Shown here in pieces: positions 41,233 to 52,515 of a stretch of DNA of 64,000 nucleotides. A program made the translations under genes and the position numbers. The notes under the pieces are model-generated. The model made no database searches. It was not told where the DNA came from and saw nothing but the letters and a program-made list of their open reading frames with translations. The stretch comes from Candidatus Krumholzibacteriia bacterium (lineage in GTDB: Bacteria > Krumholzibacteriota > Krumholzibacteriia > Krumholzibacteriales > Krumholzibacteriaceae). The stretch is from contig CAWIIQ010000001.1 in the NCBI GenBank assembly GCA_963836185.1, positions 1,504,001 through 1,568,000 on the forward strand, in the 5' to 3' direction. Every line of letters starts with the position of its first letter. Positions within the stretch are counted from its first letter, which is position 1.

Positions 41233-42888
41233 ATGCCAAAACCCTCTCTGTTCCGTGCAATACCGATCCTGTTCACTGCCGCCCTGGCGGTGCAGTGCAT
41301 CCCTGTGGATGATGCCTCTATTAACGGAGACAGGGTCGGATCCGCCGCGGGACTGATCGACCTGCAGCTCACTGAGGCCGAGATAGACTCGATGCTTCCC
41401 GATCTGCGCGATCAGCTCGAGTCATACCAGTCCATGAGAGATGTCGATCTCAAGAATGCGGTCCGCCCGGCACTCGTCTTCGATCCCGTACCGCGCAGAC
41501 GACCGGAGACCGGAAATCCCGATCTTCTTAAAGTATCACCGACATCTCGCAGGGATCTCCCGGACGACCTTGAGGATCTCGCTTTCTGGTCCGTCAGGGA
41601 CCTGGCTGAGCTTATAAGGACGAGACAGGTCACATCGACCCAGCTTACAAAGATGTATCTGGGCCGTTTGAAAGAACACGGTCCTTCACTGGAGTGCGTC
41701 ATAACCCTTACCGAGCAGCGGGCTCTCGAGAGCGCGGCGCGTGCCGATGCTGAACTCGCCGCGGGACGATACAGGGGTCTTCTTCACGGGATACCTTACG
41801 GGGCGAAGGATCTGCTCGCGGTCGAAGGTTACAGGACGACCTGGGGGGCAGAACCTTACAGGGAGCAGACGATCGATGAGACAGCTACCGTCATTAGAAA
41901 ACTCGATAAAGCGGGTGCGGTTCTTGTCGCGAAGCTGACCCTCGGAGCTCTCGCGTGGGGCGACGTTTGGTATGGGGGGAAGACGAAGAATCCGTGGAAC
42001 CTCGAGCAGGGATCGAGCGGTTCATCGGCGGGATCGGCATCCGCCACTTCAGCGGGCCTGGTCGCTTTTTCCATCGGGACCGAGACGTGGGGGTCTATTG
42101 TATCGCCATGCACGAGGTGCGGAGTGACAGGCCTGAGGCCGACGTTCGGCCGGGTCAGCAGGGCCGGCGCTATGGCACTGAGCTGGTCGATGGACAAGAT
42201 AGGGCCGATATGCAGGAGCGTGGAGGATTGCGCCATAGTATTCGATGTTATCCGCGGACGGGACGATTCCGATCCTACCACTGTTGACGCGCCGTTCAGG
42301 TACAGGTTCGACGAGGATATTCATGCCCTTCGGATCGGCTTTCTGCCGGAGGATTTCGAGCAGGATGATTTCTACCATGAATCTGATTCGATAGCCCTGG
42401 ACGTTCTGCGCGAGATGGGGATAGATCTCATCCCTGTCTCTCTTCCGGACTACCCGATATATCCCCTTGGCATAATACTCAGCGCCGAGGCGGCTGCGGC
42501 ATTCGACGAGCTGACCAGGTCGGGAAGGGACGAGCTTCTCGTCAGGCAGATCAGGAACGCGTGGCCCAACGCTTTCAGAACGGCCAGATTCATCCCAGCG
42601 GTAGAGTACATCCAGGCCAACAGGATCAGATCGATGATAATGAAAGATATGGAAGACCTGGAAGTCGACATATACGTGGCGCCCTCGTTCGGGCAGAACC
42701 TTCTTCTGACGAACCTGACAGGGCATCCGTGCGTAGTGCTTCCAGACGGCTTCGACAGCGAAGGCGGGCCGGTCAGCATCACGTTCATCGGGCAGCCGTT
42801 CGAAGAGGGAAAACTGCTCGCTTTCGCCAGAGCATACCAGGAAAGAACGGGATATCACCTTAAGCATCCCCCGAAATTCGATAAATAG
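41233..42888 (+). CDS. Amidase signature family protein
   Basis: GIPYGAKDL, GSSGSSAGS, IGTETWGSIVSP, GLRPTFGRVSR. Confidence 0.92.
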   Translation: MPKPSLFRAIPILFTAALAVQCIPVDDASINGDRVGSAAGLIDLQLTEAEIDSMLPDLRDQLESYQSMRDVDLKNAVRPALVFDPVPRRRPETGNPDLLKVSPTSRRDLPDDLEDLAFWSVRDLAELIRTRQVTSTQLTKMYLGRLKEHGPSLECVITLTEQRALESAARADAELAAGRYRGLLHGIPYGAKDLLAVEGYRTTWGAEPYREQTIDETATVIRKLDKAGAVLVAKLTLGALAWGDVWYGGKTKNPWNLEQGSSGSSAGSASATSAGLVAFSIGTETWGSIVSPCTRCGVTGLRPTFGRVSRAGAMALSWSMDKIGPICRSVEDCAIVFDVIRGRDDSDPTTVDAPFRYRFDEDIHALRIGFLPEDFEQDDFYHESDSIALDVLREMGIDLIPVSLPDYPIYPLGIILSAEAAAAFDELTRSGRDELLVRQIRNAWPNAFRTARFIPAVEYIQANRIRSMIMKDMEDLEVDIYVAPSFGQNLLLTNLTGHPCVVLPDGFDSEGGPVSITFIGQPFEEGKLLAFARAYQERTGYHLKHPPKFDK

Positions 42889-42926
42889 TTACAGGACCTG
42901 GATCAGTGAAAGGAAGGCGCGTAAAG

Positions 42927-44993
42927 ATGAAGGGAATCTTATCTGTCGTGATACTCGCGGCGATGATGGTCTCCGGCACAGCAATGGCGAAGCCGGACTG
43001 GATGAAGGGCTCGATGTCGAAGCTCGAGAAGGAACTGACCGGGAAATACGGGTCGGAGCAGAGCGCGAGGCTGGTCAAGGGAATGGACCAGGTCGCCGGT
43101 TTCTGGCGCGAAGATGATGGCGGAGCAGAGGAGTTCGAGTCTTTCGTAAGGGACAATTTCGCGGGTGACGAAAAAACGCTCGACGACCTGTTCGACCGCT
43201 GGGAGTTCCTGCTCGAGAGCATCTACGGGCACATGGGCGAGATCAGGATGGCGATGGGCAGGTACGCGGACCTCGAAATAGGCCCGATGTACGCAATAGA
43301 CAGGGTGACCGCTTCATATTCAGCCTCGGCGCATCTGGCGGACGACTTCTTCGCCAACAAGCTTGCCTTTACAGTCCTTCTGAACTTTCCCCTGACGACT
43401 CTCGAGGAGAGGCTGACGGAGGGGGAAAACTGGACCAGGCGGCAGTGGGCGGATGTCAGGCTCGCGCAGTGGTTTTCGCGCAGGGTCCCGTCCGATGTCA
43501 ACCTCGAGCTGGCGAAGGCGTCGGCCGCTTCCGACCAGTATATTGCCGACTACAATATATGGATGCATCATCTGGTAAACGAAGAAGGTGAACGCCTCTT
43601 TCCTCCGAAGATGAGGCTTCTTTCGCACTGGAACCTGAGGGACCAGATCAAGGCCGACTACGGTAACAGCGAGGGAGGGCTCGAGAGGCAGAGGATGATC
43701 CAGAAGGTGATGGAGCGAATAGTTGATCAGACGATCCCGGAGGTCGTTATCAACAACCCGCACGTGGACTGGAATCCCTACACCAATGAGGTCTGGCCGG
43801 CAAAGGTCAACGATTCCGGCAGCGAAGTTCCCGCGGACATAAAGGTATCGGGCGACAGAGAGCCTGATACCCGCTACAGCATATGGTTCGATACATTCAA
43901 GGCGTCGACGCTCGTCGATAAATACTCGCCGACCGCGCCGACACTGATAGCGCGAAGATTCGACGAAGAACGGGAGATCCCGGAAGAGCAGGTAGAGAAG
44001 ATGCTCGTTCAGGTCTGCTCGTCCCCCCTCGTCAAGAAGATCGCCGGGATGGCGAAGGAGAAACTCGGTCGCGACCTCGAGCCGTTTGATATCTGGTACA
44101 ACGGATTCAGGTCGATGGGGAAATATTCTGAGCCCGAGCTGGACGCGGTCACGAGGGATCTGTACCCGGACGCGAAGGCCTTCGAGAGAGACATCGAGAG
44201 GATGCTCGTCGCCCTCGATTTCCCCGCGGACAGGGCGGAGTATCTTGCGGGCAAGATCCTGGTCGAACCGGCCCGGGGCTCAGGACACGCGGCAGGTTCG
44301 AGCATGTGCTCCGCTCCGGCGCGCCTGCGTACGAGAGTCAGCGCTGAGGGAATGGACTACAAGGGATTCAATATCGCGGCTCACGAGATGGGCCACAATG
44401 TCGAGCAGGTCCTGTCGCTGTGCGACGTAGATTATTACGTCCTTCAGGGAGTGCCTAATACCGCTTTCACCGAGGCATTCGCATACGTCTTCCAGGGTAA
44501 CGACATCATGCTCCTCGGCCTCGAACAGGAAAAGGGCGGCAGGGCGGAGGCGATGTCGATCGTCAATGAATTCTGGATGACCGCGGAGATAGGCGCGGTG
44601 TCGCTTGTCGACATGAAGGCCTGGCGATGGATGTACGAGCATCCCGACGCGACCCCAACAGAGTTCAGGGATGCGGTGATCCAGATCTCGAAGGATGTCT
44701 GGAACGCGTACTTCGCTGATATATTCGGCAGGAAGGACGTGACACTCCTCGCTGTCTACTCACACCTTGTGCATTCGTTCCTCTATCTTCCTGATTACGC
44801 GATCGGACACATGATCGCTTTCCAGGTAAAGGAACAGATGCGGGAGGCCGGCAATATCGGTGTCGAATTCGAGAGGATGGCAGTCGCGGGCAGGATCGCG
44901 CCCGATCTCTGGATGAAGAACGCCACAGGTAAACGGGTCAGCCCCGACGCCCTTATAGAGGCGACTGAGAGGGCGCTTAAGGAACTTGATTAG
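42927..44993 (+). CDS. Secreted hypothetical protein with gluzincin-like HEXXH motif
   Basis: Signal peptide; AHEMGH, PNTAFTEAFA, HSFLYLPDY. Confidence 0.7.
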   Translation: MKGILSVVILAAMMVSGTAMAKPDWMKGSMSKLEKELTGKYGSEQSARLVKGMDQVAGFWREDDGGAEEFESFVRDNFAGDEKTLDDLFDRWEFLLESIYGHMGEIRMAMGRYADLEIGPMYAIDRVTASYSASAHLADDFFANKLAFTVLLNFPLTTLEERLTEGENWTRRQWADVRLAQWFSRRVPSDVNLELAKASAASDQYIADYNIWMHHLVNEEGERLFPPKMRLLSHWNLRDQIKADYGNSEGGLERQRMIQKVMERIVDQTIPEVVINNPHVDWNPYTNEVWPAKVNDSGSEVPADIKVSGDREPDTRYSIWFDTFKASTLVDKYSPTAPTLIARRFDEEREIPEEQVEKMLVQVCSSPLVKKIAGMAKEKLGRDLEPFDIWYNGFRSMGKYSEPELDAVTRDLYPDAKAFERDIERMLVALDFPADRAEYLAGKILVEPARGSGHAAGSSMCSAPARLRTRVSAEGMDYKGFNIAAHEMGHNVEQVLSLCDVDYYVLQGVPNTAFTEAFAYVFQGNDIMLLGLEQEKGGRAEAMSIVNEFWMTAEIGAVSLVDMKAWRWMYEHPDATPTEFRDAVIQISKDVWNAYFADIFGRKDVTLLAVYSHLVHSFLYLPDYAIGHMIAFQVKEQMREAGNIGVEFERMAVAGRIAPDLWMKNATGKRVSPDALIEATERALKELD

Positions 44994-45056
44994 ACCGTGG
45001 GCATATGATACTTTACCATTCGTTTCGACGATCAACGAGACTTTGAGAAGCGGGGT

Positions 45057-46049
45057 ATGATGGGCAACGACAAAAAGAAGAAAGTGCTGCTTACCGGTTC
45101 CCTTGGACAGATCGGCTCCGAACTGGCGTTCGCCCTCGCGGAGAGGTACGGTGCGGAGAATATCTTCACGAGCGATGTTCGCGAGGATACGCACGGGATA
45201 CTCGATGGCGCCGGTACATTCATGGAACTCGACGTGCTCTCCAGGTCGGATTTTGATTCGATCGTCAGGGACAACGGCATCGAGACGATATATCACCTCG
45301 CAGCCCTTCTTTCGGCTGTCGCCGAGGAGAAGCCGCATATGGCCTGGGAGATAAACATGGAGGGGCTTGTCAACGCCCTGGAGATCTCGAAGGAGAACGG
45401 CTGCGCCCTCTTTGTCCCCAGTTCGATCGGCGCGTTCGGGCCCGACACCCCGCTGGACAATACTCCCCAGGATACGATCATGCGGCCCCACTCGATGTAC
45501 GGTGTGACGAAAGTCTCGGGAGAACTGCTCTGCGACTATTACCACATGAGATTCGGTGTGGATACCCGCGGGGTCAGGTTCCCGGGCATCATCTCGAGCA
45601 AGACACTCCCCGGCGGAGGAACCACCGACTACGCAGTAGAGATCTACTATCACGCGATCCTGTACGGCTGCTACACCTGCGGCCTTAAGGCGGGGACCTC
45701 CCTCGATATGATGTACATGCCGGACGCGATCAAAGCATCGATAGAGCTCATGGAAGCGGATCCCGCCAGGCTGAAGCACCGCAACGCCTTCAACGTTACC
45801 GCGATGCACTTCGATCCGGAGGTCATCGCTGCTGAGATAAGGAAATACCTCCCTGAATTCACGATGGATTATGAGATAGACCCCGTCAGGCAGGCGATCG
45901 CGGATTCATGGCCCAATTACATGGACGACACGGCCGCGAGGGAGGAATGGGACTGGCTGCCGGAATACGACCTGGCCCGTATGACAGAAGATATGCTCAA
46001 GGACCTCGGAGAGAGGTACGGCAGGGGAGAGCTTGAGCTCGAGGGCTGA
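45057..46049 (+). CDS. L-threonine 3-dehydrogenase (SDR/epimerase type)
   Basis: GSLGQIG, PSSIGAFG, YGVTK, PGGGTTDYAV, RQAIADSWP; adjacent to kbl. Confidence 0.9.
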   Translation: MMGNDKKKKVLLTGSLGQIGSELAFALAERYGAENIFTSDVREDTHGILDGAGTFMELDVLSRSDFDSIVRDNGIETIYHLAALLSAVAEEKPHMAWEINMEGLVNALEISKENGCALFVPSSIGAFGPDTPLDNTPQDTIMRPHSMYGVTKVSGELLCDYYHMRFGVDTRGVRFPGIISSKTLPGGGTTDYAVEIYYHAILYGCYTCGLKAGTSLDMMYMPDAIKASIELMEADPARLKHRNAFNVTAMHFDPEVIAAEIRKYLPEFTMDYEIDPVRQAIADSWPNYMDDTAAREEWDWLPEYDLARMTEDMLKDLGERYGRGELELEG

Positions 46050-46073
46050 AAAAGGAAAGGCGAGGAGAGGAAG

Positions 46074-47267
46074 ATGTACACGATAAAGGAAGAGCTCCAG
46101 GAGACCCTGAAGGAGATCAGGGAAGCAGGGCTGTACAAGGAAGAGAGGATAATCGTCACCGAGCAGCGGGCCGATATCAAGGTCAGCACCGGGGAAGAGG
46201 TCCTGAACTTCTGCGCGAACAACTATCTCGGACTCGCGAACAATCCCGACATAATCGAAGCGGCCAGATCATCTATGGATACGCACGGATTCGGCATGTC
46301 CTCTGTCCGATTCATATGCGGCACGCAGGATATCCACAAGGAGCTTGAGAGCAAGATCGCCGAGTTCTTCCAGACTGACGACGCGATACTGTACGCTGCC
46401 TGTTTCGATGCAAACGGCGGTCTTTTCGAGGTCCTCCTTTCGGATGAAGACGCGATAATAAGCGACGCTTTGAACCATGCCTCGATAATCGACGGCGTGC
46501 GGCTCTGCAAGGCGAAACGGTACCGATACAAGAACAATGACATGGATGATCTGCGCGTTCAGCTCGAGGCTGCTAAGGCCGACGGCGCGCGAAGGATCAT
46601 GATCGCAACCGACGGTGTCTTCTCCATGGACGGGATAATCGCCCAGATCGACAAGATATGCGATCTCGCAGATGAGTACGGTGCCCTCGTGATGGTCGAT
46701 GACTGCCATGCGACAGGTTTCTTCGGTCCCACCGGAAGGGGCAGCGTGGAATATTGCGGAGCTCTCGGCAGGGTCGATGTCATCACCTCGACGCTGGGCA
46801 AGGCAATGGGAGGGGCCTCCGGCGGCTTTACAACGGGAAGAAAAGAGATCATAGAGCTTCTGAGGCAGCGCTCGAGGCCTTATCTCTTTTCGAATACACT
46901 GGCGCCTTCATTGACGGCAGCCGCGATCAGGACATTCGAGATGCTCTCAAAACCGAGCCCGATGCTCGAGACGCTTGTAGAGAACACGAAGTATTTCAGG
47001 GAGAAGATGACCGAGGCTGGATTCGACATCGTTCCCGGCAGCCACCCGATCGTACCGGTGATGCTCGGAGACGCCAAGCTTTCCCAGGATATGGCGAACA
47101 AGCTTCTCGAAGAGGGTATATACGTAATCGGATTCTTCTTCCCCGTCGTCCCAAAGGGGAAGGCACGCATAAGGGTCCAGATCTCCGCCGCTCATTCACG
47201 CGAACATCTTGACAAGGCGATAAATGCCTTTACTAAAGTAGGAAAAGAACTTGGAGTGATTACTTAA
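46074..47267 (+). CDS. kbl: Glycine C-acetyltransferase (2-amino-3-ketobutyrate CoA ligase)
   Basis: [55 protein letters not shown]. Confidence 0.96.
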   Translation: MYTIKEELQETLKEIREAGLYKEERIIVTEQRADIKVSTGEEVLNFCANNYLGLANNPDIIEAARSSMDTHGFGMSSVRFICGTQDIHKELESKIAEFFQTDDAILYAACFDANGGLFEVLLSDEDAIISDALNHASIIDGVRLCKAKRYRYKNNDMDDLRVQLEAAKADGARRIMIATDGVFSMDGIIAQIDKICDLADEYGALVMVDDCHATGFFGPTGRGSVEYCGALGRVDVITSTLGKAMGGASGGFTTGRKEIIELLRQRSRPYLFSNTLAPSLTAAAIRTFEMLSKPSPMLETLVENTKYFREKMTEAGFDIVPGSHPIVPVMLGDAKLSQDMANKLLEEGIYVIGFFFPVVPKGKARIRVQISAAHSREHLDKAINAFTKVGKELGVIT

Positions 47268-47289
47268 AGCACTTTATCAGGAGGTTCCG

Positions 47290-49278
47290 ATGTCCCCAGA
47301 GGCCCTGGCCCTCGCGACCAAGATAATCCCGTGGCTCGGTATCGCGGGACTGGTCTTCTCGATCGGCGCGTATTTCAACATGAAGCGCTATCCCGCCGGT
47401 GACGAGCTGATGCAGAAGATAGCCGACAAGATCCACGCCGGCGCCTTCGTATTCCTCAAGAGGGAATACCAGATCATCTTCATCTTTATAGTCATCGTAT
47501 TCGCTGCCCTGACGTTTACGCCGGGGCTGGGGGTACAGACTGCTTTAGCCTTCCTTATCGGAGCACTCTGCTCGATGGGCGCGGGAGTGCTGGGGATGGA
47601 AGCGGCGACCAGGGCGGCGGTTCGCGCGACCCAGGGAGCCAAGGATGGCGGAATCGGCAGGGCGCTGACCATAGCGTTCGGGGGCGGCTCGGTCATGGGA
47701 GTAGCCGTGGCGGCTCTCGGCGTGGTCGGCCTGGGCTTCTATTTCCTCTTTACGAAGGATCCGAGGATCATCAACGGCTTCGCGATGGGAGCGAGTTCGA
47801 TAGCCCTCTTCGCCAGGGTCGGCGGCGGCGTCTTTACAAAGAGCGCCGATGTCGGAGCGGACCTCGTAGGCAAGATCGAGGCCGGCATCCCCGAAGACGA
47901 TCCACGTAACCCAGGCGTCATCGCGGACAACGTCGGCGACAATGTCGGCGATACGGCAGGGATGGGCGCGGATCTCTTCGAGAGCTATGTCGGAAGCGTG
48001 GTCGCCACGATGGCGATCGGCGCGACATATGTCGCCGGGGAGATCACAGGCAGGATGACCTTTCCTCTTGTCCTTATCTCCGTCGGGCTGATTGCTTCGA
48101 TAATAGGCATACTTTCCCTTTCCGCGCTGAAGAAGGCGGGACCGCAGTCGGCCCTTCGTTACAGCTTCTATATTTCGGTGGTCCTTTTCATCGTCGGCGC
48201 CTGGTTCGCATCGAAAATGGTCCTCGGCGTAGTCGAGCCCTTCTGGGCGGTACTCGCCGGTATCATCGCCGGAGTGCTGATCGGGGTAGAGAGTGAGTAC
48301 TTCACCTCCGGACCCCCGGTTCGGAAAGTCGCCGAAGCGAGTGAGACCGGACCGGCTACAAATATCATAACCGGGATGGCGATCGGTTATGAGAGCGTCA
48401 TCCTTCCCGTCATAACACTGGCCGGCGCGATGTATATAGCCTTCTCATACGGCGGCGGCCTGTACGGCATCGCCATCTCCGCTGTCGGTATGCTTTCGAC
48501 TATCGGTATCGTTATGTCGACAGATTCGTACGGCCCCATCGCCGACAACGCCGGCGGTATCGCCGAGATGTCAGGCGCCGGCCCTGAGATCAGGAAGATC
48601 ACCGACAAGCTCGATTCGATCGGCAATACGACCGCTGCGGTGGGTAAGGGCTTCGCTATCGGCTCGGCAGCTCTGACAGCGCTGGCCCTGTTCAGCGCCT
48701 ACCAGAAAACGGTAGGCATCGAAAGCATCAACCTCATGAACGTCAAGACCGTGATCGGGCTCCTGCTCGGCGCTATGATGCCGTTCGTCATCGCCTCGAT
48801 GACCATGAAGGGAGTCGGAAGGGCCGCGAACAAGATGGTGATCGAGATAAGGCGGCAGTTCCGCGAGATCAAGGGATTGATGGAAGGCACAGCCGAACCG
48901 GATACCGATACATGCGTTGACATCGTCACAAGGTCGGCCCTTCGTGAGATGATCCTTCCGGGATGCATCGCTGTCGTGGCTCCTATCGTGATAGGCTTGT
49001 TGCTCGGAGCGGAGGCGCTGGGAGGATTCCTCGCGGGTGCGACGGCGACCGGCGTGCTTACCGGGATCTACATGGCAAACGCGGGCGGGACCTGGGACAA
49101 CGCGAAAAAGTATATCGAAGAGGGTAACCTCGGAGGTAAGGGTACCGACACCCACGCCGCTGCGGTTGTCGGCGACACGGTCGGCGATCCCCTTAAAGAT
49201 ACGTCAGGCCCGAGCATGAACATCCTCATCAAGCTGATGTCCGTAGTGGCGCTCGTGTTCGCGCCACTGTTCATGTAG
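47290..49278 (+). CDS. hppA: Membrane-bound ion-translocating pyrophosphatase (K+-dependent type, probably Na+-pumping)
   Basis: [32 protein letters not shown] (Ala = K+-dependent), [14 protein letters not shown]. Confidence 0.95.
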   Translation: MSPEALALATKIIPWLGIAGLVFSIGAYFNMKRYPAGDELMQKIADKIHAGAFVFLKREYQIIFIFIVIVFAALTFTPGLGVQTALAFLIGALCSMGAGVLGMEAATRAAVRATQGAKDGGIGRALTIAFGGGSVMGVAVAALGVVGLGFYFLFTKDPRIINGFAMGASSIALFARVGGGVFTKSADVGADLVGKIEAGIPEDDPRNPGVIADNVGDNVGDTAGMGADLFESYVGSVVATMAIGATYVAGEITGRMTFPLVLISVGLIASIIGILSLSALKKAGPQSALRYSFYISVVLFIVGAWFASKMVLGVVEPFWAVLAGIIAGVLIGVESEYFTSGPPVRKVAEASETGPATNIITGMAIGYESVILPVITLAGAMYIAFSYGGGLYGIAISAVGMLSTIGIVMSTDSYGPIADNAGGIAEMSGAGPEIRKITDKLDSIGNTTAAVGKGFAIGSAALTALALFSAYQKTVGIESINLMNVKTVIGLLLGAMMPFVIASMTMKGVGRAANKMVIEIRRQFREIKGLMEGTAEPDTDTCVDIVTRSALREMILPGCIAVVAPIVIGLLLGAEALGGFLAGATATGVLTGIYMANAGGTWDNAKKYIEEGNLGGKGTDTHAAAVVGDTVGDPLKDTSGPSMNILIKLMSVVALVFAPLFM

Positions 49279-49303
49279 TTTCAGGCCGGACACTAAGAGT
49301 TCA

Positions 49304-49337
49304 GCGGGTTCCCGTATTCCGGGGACCCGTTTTTTTT
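49304..49337 (+). terminator. Rho-independent terminator
   Basis: GCGGGTTCCC..GGGGACCCGT stem followed by T-run. Confidence 0.8.
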
Positions 49338-49424
49338 CGCCCCTTTCTGTATTTACACCTTTACTCCCGTGTCATAGACTCCATGCAGCTTCATCGAATA
49401 TTACGATTATGGACGGAGGTGACA

Positions 49425-50504
49425 GTGGCATTCACGATAGGGATACTGGGATTGCCCAATGTCGGGAAATCGACATTGCTCAACGCCCTTTCCCGTGCTG
49501 GAGCCGAGGCGTCGAACTATCCATTCTGTACGATAGATTCCAATCGTGGCGCCGTAGAGGTGCCGGACTCCAGGCTGGCGACACTGGCCGGGATACTGAA
49601 GCCGAAGGAAGTCATCCCGTCGACGATCATTTATGTCGATATCGCCGGTCTGGTCGAGGGGGCCAGCAGGGGGGAGGGGCTGGGAAACAAGTTTCTTCAC
49701 AATGTCAGGGAGGCGACCATCCTCGCTCATGTACTGCGCTGCTTCGAGGATCCGGATGTCAGCCATGTGATAGGAGCTGTAGATCCTGTCAGGGACGCTG
49801 GTATCGTCGAGACCGAGCTCTTTCTCTCGGATCTCGAGAGAGTCACTTCATGGATCTCCAAGGAAAAGGTGAGGTCGAAGGCGCTGAAAAAGGGAGAGCG
49901 CGGTGATCTCGATTTCCTAGAATCTGTAAGGGAGAAGATCGCGTCGGGTGAGAAGGTCGCGAGAGAGGCTGTCTCCTCGAGAAATCTTGAGATCTTCGAC
50001 AAGCTGCAGCTGCTGACTTCGAAGCCCGTGATATACGTGCTCAATTCGGGTGAGGATGATGATTCCGGGAGGTGCACAGATGCGGCCGCACATTTCGGAG
50101 AGGAAAGAGCGATCTCTGTCTCAGCCCGCCTGGAGAAGGAATTGTCCGACCTTCCCGATGAGGACCGCGTCGAGTTCATGAAGGAGATGGATCTTTCGGG
50201 AGAGGCGAGAGACAGATTCGTGGAAAAGTGTCACGGACTGCTCGGAATGATCCGGTACTATACCTCGGCTCACGGCAAGCTTCAGGCCTGGTCGATCCCG
50301 CTGGGCACAAAGGCTCCGGCAGCCGCGGGGAGGATCCATACAGACATGGAGAAGGGCTTTATCCGGGCGAGAGTGATGAGTTACGAAGATATCGTCGAGT
50401 ACGGTTCAGAGGCGGAGGTCCAGCACCACGGACACCTCAGGACCGAGGGACACGAATACGTGATCCGAGATGGTGACGTGATCGAGTATATGTTCAACAG
50501 GTGA
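49425..50504 (+). CDS. ychF: Ribosome-binding ATPase YchF
   Basis: GLPNVGKST, NYPFCTI, DIAGLV.GAS.GEGLGNKFL, AAGRIHTD, TGS-type tail; GTG after GGAGGT. Confidence 0.95.
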   Translation: MAFTIGILGLPNVGKSTLLNALSRAGAEASNYPFCTIDSNRGAVEVPDSRLATLAGILKPKEVIPSTIIYVDIAGLVEGASRGEGLGNKFLHNVREATILAHVLRCFEDPDVSHVIGAVDPVRDAGIVETELFLSDLERVTSWISKEKVRSKALKKGERGDLDFLESVREKIASGEKVAREAVSSRNLEIFDKLQLLTSKPVIYVLNSGEDDDSGRCTDAAAHFGEERAISVSARLEKELSDLPDEDRVEFMKEMDLSGEARDRFVEKCHGLLGMIRYYTSAHGKLQAWSIPLGTKAPAAAGRIHTDMEKGFIRARVMSYEDIVEYGSEAEVQHHGHLRTEGHEYVIRDGDVIEYMFNR

Positions 50505-50507
50505 AAG

Positions 50508-50945
50508 ATGACTGTCAGGGGACACGAGACTCGTGAGCATACGGCCGATATGGGGCTGTGCGGCTGGGGCAGTACTCCCGCTGAGGCCTTTGAGGAAACG
50601 GCCCTTGCCATGTTCGACCTGATGCTCGACAGGCGCGGAGCGGGCGCGGAGAATGACTTTACCCTGTCGCTCGGAGGCAGGGACCTGACCGGATTACTGA
50701 TAGAATTTCTCAACGAACTGCTTTCACTCGCGGACATAGAGGAGACAGCTTTCGTAGCCGTAAGGATCGAAAGGCTTGAAGGCGGGGGCGAGGAGTGGGA
50801 ACTCGACGCCGTGATCGGCGGGATACCGCGAGAGATGTGCGGAAAGCGGCTCCTTTCCGAGGTCAAGGCGGCGACATGGTATGGAGCTTCTGTCACCTGC
50901 GAGAAGGATGGCCGCTGGGTCGCCGGCTGTGTGGTAGACCTGTGA
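50508..50945 (+). CDS. Archease
   Basis: EHTADMG, FLNELL, EVKAAT, terminal VDL; overlaps rtcB start. Confidence 0.9.
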   Translation: MTVRGHETREHTADMGLCGWGSTPAEAFEETALAMFDLMLDRRGAGAENDFTLSLGGRDLTGLLIEFLNELLSLADIEETAFVAVRIERLEGGGEEWELDAVIGGIPREMCGKRLLSEVKAATWYGASVTCEKDGRWVAGCVVDL

Positions 50946-52393
50946 AAGTGGAACCGGAGAAGATCGGCGAGTTCCTCTGGGAGATTCCCCGCACGGGGGA
51001 AATGTTCGTTCCCGGTCGCATCTATGCCGATGATGATTCGATGAGATTCCTCCTTGAAGAGAGCCGATCGAAGCAGTGGGACGCGCTCTCCCAGGTTCGC
51101 AACGTCGCCTGCCTTCCCGGCATAGCGGGCGCTTCGATGGCCATGGCCGACATCCATCCCGGATATGGATTCCCGATCGGCGGAGTCGGCGCTTTCGATC
51201 CAGGCGAAGGGGTTGTAAGTATCGCCGGGGTCGGATTCGATATCAACTGCGGCGTCAGATCGATGCTCGTCGACGTGACGAAGGATCGTATAGAGCTCAA
51301 CAGGGAAAGGGTGGCCGAGGAACTCTTTCAGTCAGTCCCTGCCGGGCTTGGTTCGACGGGTACCCTCAGGCTGTCCGTCCGGGAGATAGACGCTGTCCTC
51401 ACAGAGGGAGCGGCATTTTCGCTGGCGAGGGGTTACGGCGTGGAAGAAGATCTCGAATATGTCGAGGAAGGCGGGATGGTCGATGGAGCGGACCCCTCAG
51501 CAGTCAGTCCGAGGGCGAAGGAACGGCAGCTCAGACAGGTAGGGACTCTCGGCTCCGGGAACCATTATCTCGAGGTGCAGTATGTCGACGAAATATATGA
51601 CTGCCGGGCCGCCTCTGCATTCGGGCTCGCCACTGGCGGGATAGTCGTGAGCATCCATACCGGAAGCAGGGCGCTGGGTCACCAGATCGGTACCGATTAC
51701 CAGAGTGTACTGCGGAGCGCTTCGCGTAAATACGGGATACCTGTCCCGGAGAGCGAACTTATAGCGGCGCCGATACAGAGTCCCGAGGGCAGACAGTATA
51801 TCTCCGCGGTCAGGGCGGGGATAAACTGCGCCTTTGCCAACAGGCAGGCAATATCCGGCCTGGTACGAGACGCGTTCAAGCGGCTCTTCAAACTGAAAGA
51901 CAATGAGATCAGGACCCTCTATGAAGTCGGGCACAATAATCTGAAGATGGAGACGCATGATACCGATTCCGGGAGGAGGAACCTGCTCGTCCACAGGAAG
52001 GGAGCTACAAGGGCTTTCGCGGCGGGACGTGATGAAGTCCCGGCCAGGTATCGCGAGGTGGGGCAGCCGGTGCTTGTAGGGGGGACGATGGGGACATCGT
52101 CCTTTATCCTCGTCGGAACGGAGCAGGGGATGTCCGATACATTCGGCAGCGCTGTACACGGGGCGGGAAGAGTAAAGTCGCGTAAGCAGGCGTTGAGGGA
52201 GTACAGGGGCGAGGACGTGATAGACGGCCTCGCGAAATCAGGTATCCTCATACGGACACGCAGCAGGAAAGGCGCCGCAGAGGAGGCTCCCGGAGCGTAC
52301 AAGGATGTCGAACGCGTCGTCTCCATAATGGAAGGCGCCGGGGTGAACAGGCGTGTCGCCCGGCTGCGCCCGATGATATGCATCAAGGGATGA
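50942..52393 (+). CDS. rtcB: RtcB RNA-splicing/repair ligase
   Basis: DIHPGYGFPIGG, GFDINCG, GSGNHYLE, HTGSR, HN, HRKGAT, HGAGR, EEAPGAYK. Confidence 0.95.
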   Translation: MKVEPEKIGEFLWEIPRTGEMFVPGRIYADDDSMRFLLEESRSKQWDALSQVRNVACLPGIAGASMAMADIHPGYGFPIGGVGAFDPGEGVVSIAGVGFDINCGVRSMLVDVTKDRIELNRERVAEELFQSVPAGLGSTGTLRLSVREIDAVLTEGAAFSLARGYGVEEDLEYVEEGGMVDGADPSAVSPRAKERQLRQVGTLGSGNHYLEVQYVDEIYDCRAASAFGLATGGIVVSIHTGSRALGHQIGTDYQSVLRSASRKYGIPVPESELIAAPIQSPEGRQYISAVRAGINCAFANRQAISGLVRDAFKRLFKLKDNEIRTLYEVGHNNLKMETHDTDSGRRNLLVHRKGATRAFAAGRDEVPARYREVGQPVLVGGTMGTSSFILVGTEQGMSDTFGSAVHGAGRVKSRKQALREYRGEDVIDGLAKSGILIRTRSRKGAAEEAPGAYKDVERVVSIMEGAGVNRRVARLRPMICIKG

Positions 52394-52515
52394 CAGGTCA
52401 TTGCGCATCTAATCGGCTGTTTGTTAAGTGTTTACAAATTGGAACCTGACTGCTAGAATAGTGTTTGATTAATGTGACCTGTAGATACGAGGCACCAGAC
52501 GCAGGACTGCTTCAG

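Noticed and set aside
41233-42888. Amidase as GatA
   Set aside because: It has an export-like N-terminus, GTETWGS rather than GSDTGGS, and no gatB/gatC nearby.
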